From the NCBI GenBank assembly GCA_021773035.1, contig JAJFKU010000052.1:8040-72039 (forward strand): a DNA stretch of 64,000 nucleotides, given 5' to 3'. The notes below the pieces were generated by a model, which searched no databases, was not told the DNA's origin, and saw only the letters and a list, made by a program, of their open reading frames with translations. Source of the DNA: Woeseiaceae bacterium (GTDB taxonomy: Bacteria > Pseudomonadota > Gammaproteobacteria > Steroidobacterales > Woeseiaceae). The translations under genes and the position numbers were made by a program. Of this stretch, positions 30,820 through 39,044 are shown in pieces. Every line of letters starts with the position of its first letter. Positions within the stretch are counted from its first letter, which is position 1.

Positions 30820-31041
30820 TCAGGCTACGAACTGTTCTTCCTCGGTACTGCCGGCAAACTCTTTTTTCTGCAGCTTCTTGAACGACGATGAGCAGTTGTA
30901 GGCCAGCAATTGATCGGGGTACATCACCGACCCGCGCAAGCGAACAGCGTCTGCGGTGCTATAGCTGCGGCTCGTTCCCTTCCAGCGCGGGCTGTCTGCC
31001 CATTCGGCGGTGAGTGCTGCGATCTCGTTCTGCTGTGCCAT
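30820..31041 (-). pseudogene. aceA: Isocitrate lyase remnant: 73-aa in-frame mini-ORF
   Basis: Retains the ICL N-terminus (EIAALTAEWADSPRWKGTSRSYSTADAVRLRGSV, cf. E. coli AceA IEELQKEWTQPRWEGITRPYSAEDVVKLRGSV). It also keeps MYPDQ, LLAYNCSSSF (cf. LLAYNCSPSF) and the C-terminal GSTEEEQF, while the catalytic core is missing. Confidence 0.75.
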
Positions 31042-31118
31042 TCCTGTGCGCTCCGGAGTCGATATCTGAACATGGGTGATATTTGTATCCGAAGCGCTAT
31101 ACTACGACTGATCAGAGA

Positions 31119-31158
31119 TAAATTTCACAATAAAAACTTCACAGTGTAAATTTCACAA
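31119..31158. promoter_or_regulatory. Direct repeats in the divergent aceA-remnant/regulator promoter
   Basis: TAAATTTCACAA at 31119-31130 and 31147-31158, with a third TTCACA at 31138-31143. The three half-sites are phased 14 nt apart and end 10 nt before the regulator's AAGGAGAG RBS. Confidence 0.5.
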
Positions 31159-31167
31159 GGAGAGATC

Positions 31168-32721
31168 ATGAGCACGCGATCAGGGTTGCGCCGTAAAGCG
31201 CACTTTCTGGGCACAAAAATCAAGACTCTTCGCAAACGCAACAACCTGACGCTGGACGATCTTTCGGTGCGCTGTATTCAGATAGATGCGGAGGCCGGGC
31301 CGTCGGTTTCCTACCTGTCGATGATCGAAAACGGCAAGCGCGTGCCGTCGGAGCGCCTGTTAGGAATTGTTGCCGACATCTTCCAGAAAGACGTGGACTG
31401 GTTTTTCGACGAAGCGCTGGACGACGACGCGATCGATACGGCACCGTCGGCGGCCGTCGGCGGTATGCCGCTGGAACCGGGGTTCCTGTTTTCCGAGTCC
31501 TTGTTGCAGCTGGCGATTCCGGAGTTATTGGCGCAGACGGGAACGACGGGACGGCAGTTTGCACACCTGTTGATTCGTGCGCATCAGGAATCAAATCACA
31601 ATTCCTTCCCGGATCTTGAGCGAGCCGCGGAGCGTGTCGGCAACAAACAGTTTCCGCTGCATGTCGATGACGTTCTGCAGATCGCGGCAAAGCTGGGCTT
31701 GAAAATCCAGTGGTTCGATAACTCGACGTTCAAGGACAAAGGTGAAACCGACAAACCGCTCAACACCCTTGTTCGATCATTCTTCGACGCGCCGCGGACT
31801 GTCTACCTGAACCGGGCGCTGGAGAAGAACCCGGCGCGCCTCAAGTACGATCTCGCCAATCACATTGCTCACCAGGTCCTGCATGATGGCGACGGTGCTC
31901 GCGCACCGCAGGTTTCGGGTGGTCGCGTGTCAGGGCGCCGGCACGATGCGGATTCTCTGAACGTCGATGCCAAAGACATACTGTACGCGTGGCGCGATTT
32001 CGAATGCAGTTATTTTGCGGCTGCATTGCTGGCGCCAAAAACACCGTTTCGACAATTCCTGGGCAAGCAATCCTATTCCATCAGCGCCGGTGACAAGATC
32101 GACCTGACGCGAACACTGGTGATGCGCCGTATGTCCAGTGTGTCACCCTACAAGCACTGGCACTACTTCGATGCCTATCCGCCGGGAAATCTGCGTGCTG
32201 TGTATCGCGGCAATGGCATCCCACTACCGTGGGGGAACATGACGATGATCTCCGACCCCTGCCAGCACTGGGCGGTGTTCCGTATGCTCAATACGCAGTC
32301 CACAAAACCGTCGGCGCAGATTTCCGTGTTACGCAGTGGCGACGATGCGCGACTCTATTGCTGCGAGTCGATCCGCAGTCGCGATGCCGCGGGCAATCCG
32401 CACGTTCTCTGCGCCGGTGTCGACTTGTCACCGGCGCTGTATGCGCAGAACATCGACCCGCGAAAAACCATTGATATGATTGAGGCCAGCTGCAATCGCA
32501 GCGGCGGCTCAGGCGTCATACCGACAGAAGCAAGAGAGCAACTGGAGAGTATCGGCAAGATACTGAACATAGGCTGGATCGCAGAAGGGGCAGCAAAAGA
32601 CGCGACGATCATCTGCCAGAGAAGCAGCAGTTGTCCGCGTGACAAACACTGCCTGGGAAAGGCACCTCCAAAGCTGAAATCACAAATAGACGAAATCAGA
32701 TCGTCGGTGGTTGGCGCCTAG
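31168..32721 (+). CDS. XRE-family regulator of the ScfR/RamB/PrpR type (HTH + ImmA/IrrE-like peptidase + DUF2083)
   Basis: N-terminal Cro/C1 HTH (LGTKIKTLRKRNNLTLDDLS...SYLSMIENGKRVPS) and a long C-terminal domain ending in a Cys-rich segment. Its divergent position next to an isocitrate lyase gene is classic for this family. Confidence 0.8.
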   Translation: MSTRSGLRRKAHFLGTKIKTLRKRNNLTLDDLSVRCIQIDAEAGPSVSYLSMIENGKRVPSERLLGIVADIFQKDVDWFFDEALDDDAIDTAPSAAVGGMPLEPGFLFSESLLQLAIPELLAQTGTTGRQFAHLLIRAHQESNHNSFPDLERAAERVGNKQFPLHVDDVLQIAAKLGLKIQWFDNSTFKDKGETDKPLNTLVRSFFDAPRTVYLNRALEKNPARLKYDLANHIAHQVLHDGDGARAPQVSGGRVSGRRHDADSLNVDAKDILYAWRDFECSYFAAALLAPKTPFRQFLGKQSYSISAGDKIDLTRTLVMRRMSSVSPYKHWHYFDAYPPGNLRAVYRGNGIPLPWGNMTMISDPCQHWAVFRMLNTQSTKPSAQISVLRSGDDARLYCCESIRSRDAAGNPHVLCAGVDLSPALYAQNIDPRKTIDMIEASCNRSGGSGVIPTEAREQLESIGKILNIGWIAEGAAKDATIICQRSSSCPRDKHCLGKAPPKLKSQIDEIRSSVVGA

Positions 32722-33666
32722 GAATGCGGCGATCTCGTCCATCGAAAGATCGGCCTCGGGAACTTCGTAGTACCACTCGAACGAATGCCACATTCCTTCC
32801 CACACGTGCAATCGGACGTCGATTCCCGCCTGTCGCATTTTCATCGAAAGACGGGCGGAGTCGCTTAAAAAACCTTCTCGCGTACCGGTTGTGATCAGCG
32901 TCGGTGGAAATCCTCTGTCGAAGTCGGCGTACAACGGGGAAACAACCGGGTCCTTCTGGTCGTAGCGGCCGGAATAGGCTGCAGCTGGTTCCCTGAGGTG
33001 ACATTGATAGTCCATGGACGGATCGAAACCTGCCGGTTGCTGCTGCGACTCGCCCGACGGCGTTAAGTCGCACCAGGGCGATATTAGTGCCACGGCTGCC
33101 GGCACCGGCGCCCCGAGTTCCTGGGCGCGCAGCACGACCGCGAGTGTCAGGTTCCCGCCGGCAGACTCTCCGGCCATCACAAGTCGATCGGCCGGGTAGG
33201 AAGCCAGCAGCACCTGGTAGACAGCGAAACCGTCATCGATGGCAGCCGGGCAGGGATGTTCCGGTGCGCGCCGATAGAACGGTGCGAAAACCCTGATGCC
33301 GAGCCTCGTGGCCAGGCGCGCGATAATCGGCAGGTCGGCATAGGGGCTGCCAACGACATAGGCACCACCGAAGAAAAACACGGCGGCACGATCGTCGTTA
33401 CGCGTATCGTAGCCGCGCGGTGTGACCGTCAGGGTCCAGACGCCACCAATGTCGACTTCCTGTAAGGATTCAACATGGTTTTCGATGATCGGTCCGTTGA
33501 TATCCAGCTGCGCATCGTGTTCGGCGCGAAGTTGCTCGATGTTTTCCAACGACCACGGTTGGTGTGGTTCGGCGTTGGCATAGAATTGTTTGGCTTCGTC
33601 GCTGATTGTTTGTGGGATTTTCATTGTCGTGCCTGGAACCTCGAGAAATCGCTTAGTGCCGCCCAT
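32680..33666 (-). CDS. Alpha/beta hydrolase (HSL-type esterase/lipase family)
   Basis: Oxyanion-hole region (FFFGGAYVVG) and nucleophile elbow GESAGG (VMAGESAGGNL). An alternative ATG is at 33624. Confidence 0.85.
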   Translation of the reverse strand: MGGTKRFLEVPGTTMKIPQTISDEAKQFYANAEPHQPWSLENIEQLRAEHDAQLDINGPIIENHVESLQEVDIGGVWTLTVTPRGYDTRNDDRAAVFFFGGAYVVGSPYADLPIIARLATRLGIRVFAPFYRRAPEHPCPAAIDDGFAVYQVLLASYPADRLVMAGESAGGNLTLAVVLRAQELGAPVPAAVALISPWCDLTPSGESQQQPAGFDPSMDYQCHLREPAAAYSGRYDQKDPVVSPLYADFDRGFPPTLITTGTREGFLSDSARLSMKMRQAGIDVRLHVWEGMWHSFEWYYEVPEADLSMDEIAAFLGANHRRSDFVYL

Positions 33667-34698
33667 CTATTTCGAACCAAAACGCGGGTCGATAAACTGC
33701 CCGAAGTCGGAGTGGGTAGCGAGAATATGCGACAGCAGTCTGGTGGATTCCGTGATGTGCATTTTTTCCTGCGCGGGCGACGTTACTTTCGTGCGGTGAA
33801 TCCAGGCGACATCGAGTGCCGGGATCACCAGGATCATCTGTTCGCCGGTTCCGCGCGCCGAGTAAGTGCCATCCGCGAACCGTAGCCGCGGCAGGTGGTC
33901 CCCGTGCTGCGCAACCCACCAGCTTAAACCGTAGCCACCGAACATACCGAGGTCGGTGTGCGCGCTCGTAATGCGCCGAATCCAATCGGCCGGAACAACT
34001 TCGTGTCCATTGGCCTTGCCTTCGTTCATCATCAGTACGGCGAACTTCGCGAGGTCGCTGGCGGAGAATCGGAACGTGACGGCCGGGTGACTGGATGCGT
34101 CCTCCACGACATAGGATACATCGTCAATTTCGAAGTCCTGCATTCCTGTGGGATCGGCGATCCCTGCCTTGAACGCGGGGCCAACACTGTGTCCGCTCAA
34201 CTGTTCGAAAATGGTGTTGAGCGCATTGTAATCCCAGTTGTTATAAAACCAGTGGGTACCGGGCAGGTGTGCGCCCCGCGCCGGCCGGTCGCGCCGCATT
34301 TTCGGTGTTTCGTAGGCGGCCGGATGGTAGACGCCGGATTTAGCCGCGAGCAGGTCGGCTATCGTTGCGGTTTTCTCACTGTCGGACAGCGCCTGTTTAT
34401 CATCGATCGACAACTCCCCGAGCGTGGCGTTCATGTTGACCTGGTTCTCGGCGATAAGCAGACCGAACATAGTACTCAGGACACTTTTTCGCATCGAGAA
34501 GATTTCGAGTTTCTCGTCGAGATCGCCCCAGGACCAGAGAACCCTGCCATCTTTGCCGACCAGCAGCGTGGAGTGGGTCATGTAGCCCATCTGCTGAGGG
34601 TCAATTTCACCGAGTGCGTCGAAATCCCAGCGACCGTTCTCAGCAAAGGCCGCGACGCTCAACAGTGGCAACAGCGCAAGAACGATCAGGCTGCGCAT
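33667..34698 (-). CDS. Secreted beta-lactamase-fold serine hydrolase
   Basis: Signal peptide (MRSLIVLALLPLLSVAAFA) and SxxK (FSMRKSVLSTMFGLL). Confidence 0.8.
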   Translation of the reverse strand: MRSLIVLALLPLLSVAAFAENGRWDFDALGEIDPQQMGYMTHSTLLVGKDGRVLWSWGDLDEKLEIFSMRKSVLSTMFGLLIAENQVNMNATLGELSIDDKQALSDSEKTATIADLLAAKSGVYHPAAYETPKMRRDRPARGAHLPGTHWFYNNWDYNALNTIFEQLSGHSVGPAFKAGIADPTGMQDFEIDDVSYVVEDASSHPAVTFRFSASDLAKFAVLMMNEGKANGHEVVPADWIRRITSAHTDLGMFGGYGLSWWVAQHGDHLPRLRFADGTYSARGTGEQMILVIPALDVAWIHRTKVTSPAQEKMHITESTRLLSHILATHSDFGQFIDPRFGSK

Positions 34699-34769
34699 CT
34701 CAGGCTTCCCGGCGATAATGTGATTAGATGCTGCTTACCCCGGCTAAGGTTTAAACAGTGGGGTTTACA

Positions 34770-34798
34770 AACTAATAGTACGAATAGTACTATTAGTT
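34770..34798. promoter_or_regulatory. 12-bp perfect inverted repeat abutting the padR start codon (candidate PadR operator)
   Basis: AACTAATAGTAC-gaata-GTACTATTAGTT ends at the base before the ATG at 34799. Confidence 0.6.
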
Positions 34799-35368
34799 AT
34801 GACTTCCAGTTCTGAAAAGCCGCGTGGTCTTACCGACCTCGAAGCGGTAACCATTGCCTACATACTGCGAAGAGGTCCGTGCACGCCCTACCAGGTGCGC
34901 TCGAGTTTCACAAAGTCGATAACAAAGCGCTTTAGCAGCAGCGCCGGTTCGATCTATCCGCTGATGCGGCGACTGCACGAGCGTGGCGACCTGAAACTGG
35001 CTGACACACCGTCCGATGGCCGCGGATCACGGCAGTACCTGACATCCAAACGGGGTCGCCTGAAAGTACGTCGCTGGATCGCCGATCTCAGCGATCCGGC
35101 GGCCATCGGCATCTACGATCCAATTCGCACGCGCCTGCTGAACCTGAGCCTGCTGGCAGCTCCCGATCAGTTGCAATGGCTCGAAGCGACGATCGAACTC
35201 GTCGTGCAGCAGCAGGAAGTTATCCGCGTCTATGAAACACAGGAGTTCGTTGGTGACAACAGACTCTACGAAATATCGCGAGATGCGATGTGGCAGGAAA
35301 ACGAACTCAGGCTGGGTTATCTGCGGCGCGCGCTGGCCGCTTTAAAGGAGGATCCCGATGCGTCGTGA
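34799..35368 (+). CDS. PadR-family transcriptional regulator
   Basis: Winged HTH pattern (EAVTIAYILRRGPCTPYQVRSSF...GSIYPLMRRLHERGDL). Confidence 0.8.
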   Translation: MTSSSEKPRGLTDLEAVTIAYILRRGPCTPYQVRSSFTKSITKRFSSSAGSIYPLMRRLHERGDLKLADTPSDGRGSRQYLTSKRGRLKVRRWIADLSDPAAIGIYDPIRTRLLNLSLLAAPDQLQWLEATIELVVQQQEVIRVYETQEFVGDNRLYEISRDAMWQENELRLGYLRRALAALKEDPDAS

Positions 35369-36428
35369 CTACAAGCCGCTGATCGCAATCAGCGCTGTTC
35401 TTTTTGTTTCTTTCCTTATGATGTCGGCGCAGGGCCGCGCGGGGCAGGACAGCCGGGAGGCTGCTGAAGCGGCGATTCGTGAGCTCGAACTGGAGGGTTT
35501 CTCCGGCTCGGTACTCGTCGCGAGAGACGGCATCGTTCAGTTCTCGCGCGATGCCGGTTTTGACAGCGATCAGTCCACGACACCCTCCTACTGGATCGCG
35601 TCGATTACCAAGCAGTTTGCGGCCGCCGCTGCTTTGCTGCTGCAGGAACAGGGCAAACTGGATATTCACGAGTCCATTGCCAGCTATCTTCCGGAGGTTC
35701 CCGCGGACAAGTCCGCCATCACGGTTTTTCAGCTTCTGACACACACATCCGGCTTGCAGCAACACTATGCCGCGGACGGAATCACGAACCGGGAAGCTGC
35801 TCTGGAGGCGCTGCTGGCCCCCGCCCTGGAGTCGACTCCGGGTGAAACTTTTTCCTACGCCAACGACAACTACAATATTCTCGCCATCGTGTTGGAAATC
35901 TGTTCCGGTAAAACGTACGAAGATCTTCTGCGAGACGCAGTATTCGGCGTTGCTCAGATGCGACACACGGAATTCTGGGGCATGCCGATTGAGGATGGAA
36001 CGTTTGTGCCGCCGGTCGCTACGCCGATCGGGCAACAGTTCCTCGCTCCGAACTGGGGGTTTCGGGGCGCGACCGGAATGCGTGCCTCGGTGCAGGACCT
36101 GTATGCATTCATAGAGTCACTGCGAGCTGGCGAACTCATCAGTGAAGACAGCGTTGCGCTGCTAATGGGAAACCATATTCAGACGCCCGGAGGCACAGAG
36201 ATCGGCTTCAACTGGTTTGCTCGACGAATGGAAGACGGTCAGTACGCAAGATTTTCCAGGGGTAACGAGAGTTTCGGCGGAAATGCCGTGATTTACTACT
36301 ATCCCGAAAGCGAACTAACGATCATTACGGCGACCAACGCCGGTCCCGCAGAAATCGGCGACGGCCCGGTGAAGGGTTGGTCTCGCGTTACGCACGAAGT
36401 CCTTGCGGACATTTATCTTAATGAGTAG
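35358..36428 (+). CDS. Secreted beta-lactamase-fold serine hydrolase
   Basis: Signal peptide, SxxK (IASITKQFAAAAALLL) and YAN motif (FSYANDNYNIL). AAGGAGG RBS; overlaps the padR stop. Confidence 0.85.
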   Translation: MRRDYKPLIAISAVLFVSFLMMSAQGRAGQDSREAAEAAIRELELEGFSGSVLVARDGIVQFSRDAGFDSDQSTTPSYWIASITKQFAAAAALLLQEQGKLDIHESIASYLPEVPADKSAITVFQLLTHTSGLQQHYAADGITNREAALEALLAPALESTPGETFSYANDNYNILAIVLEICSGKTYEDLLRDAVFGVAQMRHTEFWGMPIEDGTFVPPVATPIGQQFLAPNWGFRGATGMRASVQDLYAFIESLRAGELISEDSVALLMGNHIQTPGGTEIGFNWFARRMEDGQYARFSRGNESFGGNAVIYYYPESELTIITATNAGPAEIGDGPVKGWSRVTHEVLADIYLNE

Positions 36429-36461
36429 TGGTACACGGCTTGCGGCGGATCACAATCGTCG

Positions 36462-37031
36462 CTAGGAGCTGTTTCTCGCCTGTCGTAACGCGCTCGCGTA
36501 CCACTCGTATTCGTCCAGGAACTTCGTGGCTCGTTTGTCGTAGGATGCTTCGAGCGCGTTGCCGGTATCGTCGAAGGCGTGCTGTACCTGCGATACCGGA
36601 AAGGCGCTGGGAATGCTCGGAGTACCGAGCTCCGCGAGAATGGCGCGCAAATTGATCAGCGCACGAACGCCGCCGAACGGGCCGGCCGAATAGGTGACGA
36701 TCGCACTCGGCTTGTAGAGGTATTCGCTCTGGAAGTGATCGAGGAGATTTTTTAAGGCCGCCGGTATGCTGTGATTGTACTCGGCACTGACGATGACAAA
36801 ACCATCGGCGGCACTGAGTATCGCGCCCACTGCCGCCATGGCTGCCGGCGCACTCGTGGCATCGTATTCCTTGAGCATCTTGTCGAGCAGCGGCAGCGGG
36901 TAGTCCTGTGAATCGACGAGCGTGACCTCGTGGCCGCGTTCTTCGAGCTTGTTCGCAACAAAGCGCGCCGCTTTAATTCCCTGGCGCTCGCTGCGCGCGC
37001 TACCGTAAATGACGGCAGTGTTAAGACTCAT
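36462..37031 (-). CDS. NAD(P)H-dependent FMN reductase family oxidoreductase
   Basis: Flavodoxin-like N-terminus (VIYGSARSERQGIKAARFV) and EYNHSIPAALKN motif. Confidence 0.85.
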   Translation of the reverse strand: MSLNTAVIYGSARSERQGIKAARFVANKLEERGHEVTLVDSQDYPLPLLDKMLKEYDATSAPAAMAAVGAILSAADGFVIVSAEYNHSIPAALKNLLDHFQSEYLYKPSAIVTYSAGPFGGVRALINLRAILAELGTPSIPSAFPVSQVQHAFDDTGNALEASYDKRATKFLDEYEWYASALRQARNSS

Positions 37032-37053
37032 GGTATCTCCCCCTCGACAGCTG

Positions 37054-37103
37054 CTGATTCTAGCAGAATCAATGCTTTGTCAGTATTCAACTAAAAAGTT
37101 GAA
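37054..37103. promoter_or_regulatory. Two inverted repeats in the divergent promoter upstream of the second arsR-like gene
   Basis: TGATTCT-agc-AGAATCA (37054-37070) and ATTCAAC-taaaaa-GTTGAAT (37084-37103). Confidence 0.5.
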
Positions 37104-37135
37104 TAGGTCGGCCGATCAACGTACACTGCTGCCGC

Positions 37136-37465
37136 ATGAGCGCCGCATCTTCCGCACAACTGGACCGGGTTTTCTCGGCGCTGTCGCATCCGGTTCGGCG
37201 TGCGATTCTCGAACAGTGCGGGTCGCAGAATCGCACCGTTGTCGAATTGGCGAAGCCGCATGCGATGTCGCTCAACGCTATTTCAAAACACATCAAGAAG
37301 CTCGAAAGCGCCGGGCTGATACAGCGTCGACTCGACGGCAACTTCCACCGCATTTCGATCGACGTGGATACGCTGCAGCCGGCGATCGGCTGGCTGGCGC
37401 ATCACCAGCAATTATGGAGTGACAGCCTCATGAAGCTAAAGGCAAACCTGGAGCAGGGTGTGTGA
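37136..37465 (+). CDS. ArsR/SmtB-family transcriptional regulator
   Basis: VFSALSHPVRRAILEQCGSQNRTVVELAKPHAMSLNAISKHIKKLESAGLI. Confidence 0.9.
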   Translation: MSAASSAQLDRVFSALSHPVRRAILEQCGSQNRTVVELAKPHAMSLNAISKHIKKLESAGLIQRRLDGNFHRISIDVDTLQPAIGWLAHHQQLWSDSLMKLKANLEQGV

Positions 37466-37893
37466 CTCGGCTGAGTATCGATATCTCGGTGCACATCGAG
37501 AAACCGGCCGCAGACGTTTTTTCGGCCTGGAGCAGTGCCGACGCGCTGGCGAGCTGGTTTTCGCCCAATGCCGCAGTACCTCCCGATGTGAGCATGGATT
37601 TCTCCGTTGGCGGCCAGTACGAAATCGTGACCCGGTTCGCCGATGGCGGTATGTGTACGACGAGAGGCGAGTTTCAGGAAATCGTCACGGCGGAGAGAAT
37701 CGTCATGACCTGGCACTGCGATGCTTTTCCGGACCCGGTCTCGCGGGTAATCGTGAGTTTTTCGAGCACCGAAACCGGGACCGTTGTACGCGTGCTCCAT
37801 GAAGGCTTCGAATCGGAACAGACCTGCGCCAACCACTACGGCGGTTGGGAAGGCTGCCTTGAAAAACTTTCAAGCGTGCTGATGGCTGCCTGA
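37462..37893 (+). CDS. SRPBCC/AHSA1-domain protein
   Basis: ADVFSAWSSADALASWFSP...GWEGCLEKL. GTG start overlaps the arsR stop. Confidence 0.85.
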   Translation: MTRLSIDISVHIEKPAADVFSAWSSADALASWFSPNAAVPPDVSMDFSVGGQYEIVTRFADGGMCTTRGEFQEIVTAERIVMTWHCDAFPDPVSRVIVSFSSTETGTVVRVLHEGFESEQTCANHYGGWEGCLEKLSSVLMAA

Positions 37894-37925
37894 GGCGGCA
37901 GGGATTCATTAACCGGGGGCTGACT

Positions 37926-38390
37926 ATGAAGTATCTCTACATTGGAATTGCCGTGATTCTCGTCCTCGTCGCAGGTTTCGCGACGATCAAGAAAGTTTCT
38001 CCAGTGAGCTGGGGAGTATGGGGGTCAACCAATACGTCGGGTGGCGTCGCATTGCGCGGCTATGATCCGGTTTCATATTTCAACGAAGGTGCGCCGCTTC
38101 AAGGCAGCGGCGAACACGTATTCAACGGGTCAGATGCGACCTGGCACTTTTCCAGTGCGGCGAACCGCGATCAATTCGCGGCAAACCCCGAACGTTTTGC
38201 GCCGCAGTTCGGCGGTTTCTGCGCCTTCGCCGTGAGCAAGGGGTTTACCGCCGATCCCGACCCGGAGGCATGGCACATTAACGACGGTGCGCTTTTCGTG
38301 TTTGCCGATACGAAAGTCCGGGACGATTGGCTGGCGGGCCTGGAAGACGGCTCGTTGCAGCAATCGCAGACCAACTGGGCGAAACGTTAG
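37926..38390 (+). CDS. YHS-domain-like membrane-anchored protein
   Basis: N-terminal TM, then ALRGYDPVSYF...FAANPERFAPQFGGFCAFAVS, typical of YHS/TRASH-related proteins. Confidence 0.75.
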   Translation: MKYLYIGIAVILVLVAGFATIKKVSPVSWGVWGSTNTSGGVALRGYDPVSYFNEGAPLQGSGEHVFNGSDATWHFSSAANRDQFAANPERFAPQFGGFCAFAVSKGFTADPDPEAWHINDGALFVFADTKVRDDWLAGLEDGSLQQSQTNWAKR

Positions 38391-38428
38391 AGACGGCCCG
38401 GGAGAACTCCGACGCTCTTTAGGATTTA

Positions 38429-38869
38429 CTACCCGTCGCCGCTATCGAAAGTTGCGTGATCATCAATCTGTACGCCGCGGGCCAGGGTCTTGTGGACCGG
38501 GCATCGCTGTGCGATTTGCGCCAGGCGTTTTCGCTGTGACTCGCTGAAGTCGCCCTCGATGTGCACGTTGCTGGTGATCTGTTCGATGAGGCCCTTGTCG
38601 GGCGCATCGCATTCTTCGCAGTCGTCGGCATGCACGCGCGAAAAATCATAGCGGGTACTCACGGATTCCAGTGCCAGACCTTTGTGGCGGCAGTAGCCGG
38701 CTATCGTCACGCAGGTGCAGGCGGCGAGTGAACTCAAAAGCAGTTCGTAGGGGTTTGGCCCGGTATCGCTGCCGCCGGCCGTCAGCGGTTCGTCGGCAAG
38801 CCATTCATGACGTCCATTGCTTATCTTCACGGCCATGCCTGTTGTAAGTGTCGCGGTAATACGTGCCAT
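38429..38869 (-). CDS. OsmC-family peroxiredoxin-like protein
   Basis: GSDTGPNPYELLLSSLAACTCVT...RCPVHKTL (the two conserved Cys contexts). The ATG at 38869 has a GGAGAG RBS; the longer ORF extension looks non-coding. Confidence 0.85.
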   Translation of the reverse strand: MARITATLTTGMAVKISNGRHEWLADEPLTAGGSDTGPNPYELLLSSLAACTCVTIAGYCRHKGLALESVSTRYDFSRVHADDCEECDAPDKGLIEQITSNVHIEGDFSESQRKRLAQIAQRCPVHKTLARGVQIDDHATFDSGDG

Positions 38870-39044
38870 CTTGCTCTCCGGTTTCCCTCCAATATTGCAC
38901 GTATAACGGCGCAAAAAAAGGACTAGCGAAATCGAGTGCTGGAACTGCTTTTTTTGCATAAGGACTGAACGCCGCCTTACGGCTGCCGGTTTGTTGCTAC
39001 AATCGGAGCAGATTTTCGTTTCTGACAGAGGCAACAGGGGCGGC

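Noticed and set aside
35307-36035. 242-aa minus-strand ORF
   Set aside because: It is antisense to the SxxK serine hydrolase gene, which has a signal peptide, a strong RBS and catalytic motifs.
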